64,000 bases of DNA from the NCBI GenBank assembly GCA_964016885.1, contig OZ024740.1, forward strand, positions 46,872,001 through 46,936,000. The letters are read 5' to 3'. Of the stretch, positions 62,663 to 64,000 are shown piece after piece. The notes under the pieces were generated by a model. That model was not told where the DNA came from, did not search any database, and saw nothing but the letters and a program-made list of their open reading frames with translations. The DNA comes from Eledone cirrhosa (taxonomy: Eukaryota). Each line of letters starts with the position of its first letter. Position 1 is the stretch's first letter. The position numbers and the translations under genes were made by a program.

Positions 62663-64000
62663 AAATTTAGTATAGCATCAACGAAGCCATGGTTGCAGCC
62701 AAGCTAACGAATGCAGTTTCGGTGTGCAGCTAAGCACTCGGATAGGGTATATAACCCTAGAGTTATAACATTACTTTTAGACAGCTTTGCAAAATGAATA
62801 CAGTGACCGATAGAAGGGCCGCAGTGACCATAGCCACGAAAAAGACTGAACTCAGGAAAAATTTTACTAACCTGGACCGCACGTCGACATCATACATAAC
62901 ACATAATACATATAATATATACCATATAACAATGTTACAGTATCGTAAAAGAGGATAGAAAGAAGAGGTATAAAGAGGTGCGATATAGAGTATTACATGC
63001 CAGAAGCGGGTGCGTAAGTGCTCGATGCTTGGGTTATCAGGGTTAAAAATATTAGAGAAAATTAATATTTAGTGTAGAGGTTTAAGCAGAGCGGTGATAG
63101 GAAAAATAATTAATGAAAGAGTTACAAGCCGTTAAATCATATCCTTATAAAGCTCTTACACATTTTTCGCCCAATGGGGCTCGTCTGAGGCAGATATTAA
63201 GATAAGGCAAAGTTGTACTTATATACACTATTTGGGTACAATAATAATTTTACATAACAGTGCATATTAAATATACGTGGTTAATTATGAAACACGGTGG
63301 GAAGAGATTAGTATGCTAAGGGAGGTAATTACCGGTGCTAGTATAACGTTTCTTCTCTAACTCATGACCTCTAGCAGCTATGTAAAAAGTTTTATTTTAT
63401 TATTTTAAAGGAATTAACATAAGTAGGGTTAGTCAACTCAGTGTAAATGAGGCCGTGTTAAGGTGTGAGTATGAATAATTAGTAAAGTCGTTAAAGACCA
63501 CACACAGGTTTAACTAGTGCAATGGGGCACGTTAGGTGCGAATCTGAAGGCCTAGAAAAATAAAGTCAATTTGAATAGAATTTGTATATTCATATGATCG
63601 ATTGTCTAAGAAGTTGCTTGGGTATAGGCAGCAGTTCTGTAAGATTACCCAAGGACCAGTCTGGCCAAGTGGAAGAATATGGTGAGGTAAGCCCGGCTGA
63701 ATGTACGCAGTGCGGCTTCCTGGTGGAAAAACAGATGATGGATGATGGTGTTATTCCACGTTGTTTAATGGTAAGTCTACCGTCGGTAAGTCAGGCCTGG
63801 GTGTGGTGTTGAGAGAATCAGGTGTTATGGCGGTTATACAGTTGTTGGGGTCCATCTGTAGAAAGAGTGTTGTAGTCGATGGCCGCAAAAAAGAAATAGA
63901 TATAGTGCTTGCAGCACGGAGAACCATTGTTCATTTCGAGGGCTCCTACTGAAAAATCTTTTTAAGAGGTCAAGTGACTCAGCGCAGGCCATTACCTGGT
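62661..64000 (-). mobile_element. 3' end of a second, decayed PLE (continues beyond the window)
   Basis: Frameshifted minus-strand ..C..LDLLK/DFSVGALE..YNTLSTDG resembles the GIY-YIG C-terminal TL.P.GLN region; hammerhead motif at 63152-63191; ends at (TA)n. Confidence 0.55.
63152..63191 (-). ncRNA. Minimal type-I hammerhead motif with U4A core
   Basis: rc: GCCT-CAGACGA-GCCC(CATT)GGGC-GAAA-AATGTG-TA-AGAGC. Confidence 0.68.

Overview
Eukaryotic, repeat-dominated animal DNA. The SINE types and microsatellite density suggest a cephalopod/Octopus-like genome (inference from recalled repeat motifs). No host protein-coding gene can be supported. Bases 1-44,439 are a purine-rich 52-bp satellite (about 850 monomers) built from a degenerate (GGAA)13, with irregular higher-order blocks. 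The array ends abruptly at a young Penelope-like retroelement (PLE; RT + GIY-YIG). This PLE consists of two head-to-head copies with complementary internal deletions and a hammerhead-like motif in its tail. The remaining ~16 kb holds a decayed CRE-clade non-LTR element, several SINEs, a probable non-autonomous Helitron, a mariner composite, a solo LTR and the 3' end of a second PLE. The most striking structure is at 56.7-58.0 kb: four unrelated palindromic mini-elements stacked inside one (CA)n/(TA)n/(TG)n microsatellite. At least three carry hammerhead-ribozyme motifs and all four have one-sided tails, consistent with ribozyme-bearing PLE fold-back relics. All ribozyme calls are by-eye motif parses, not computed folds.
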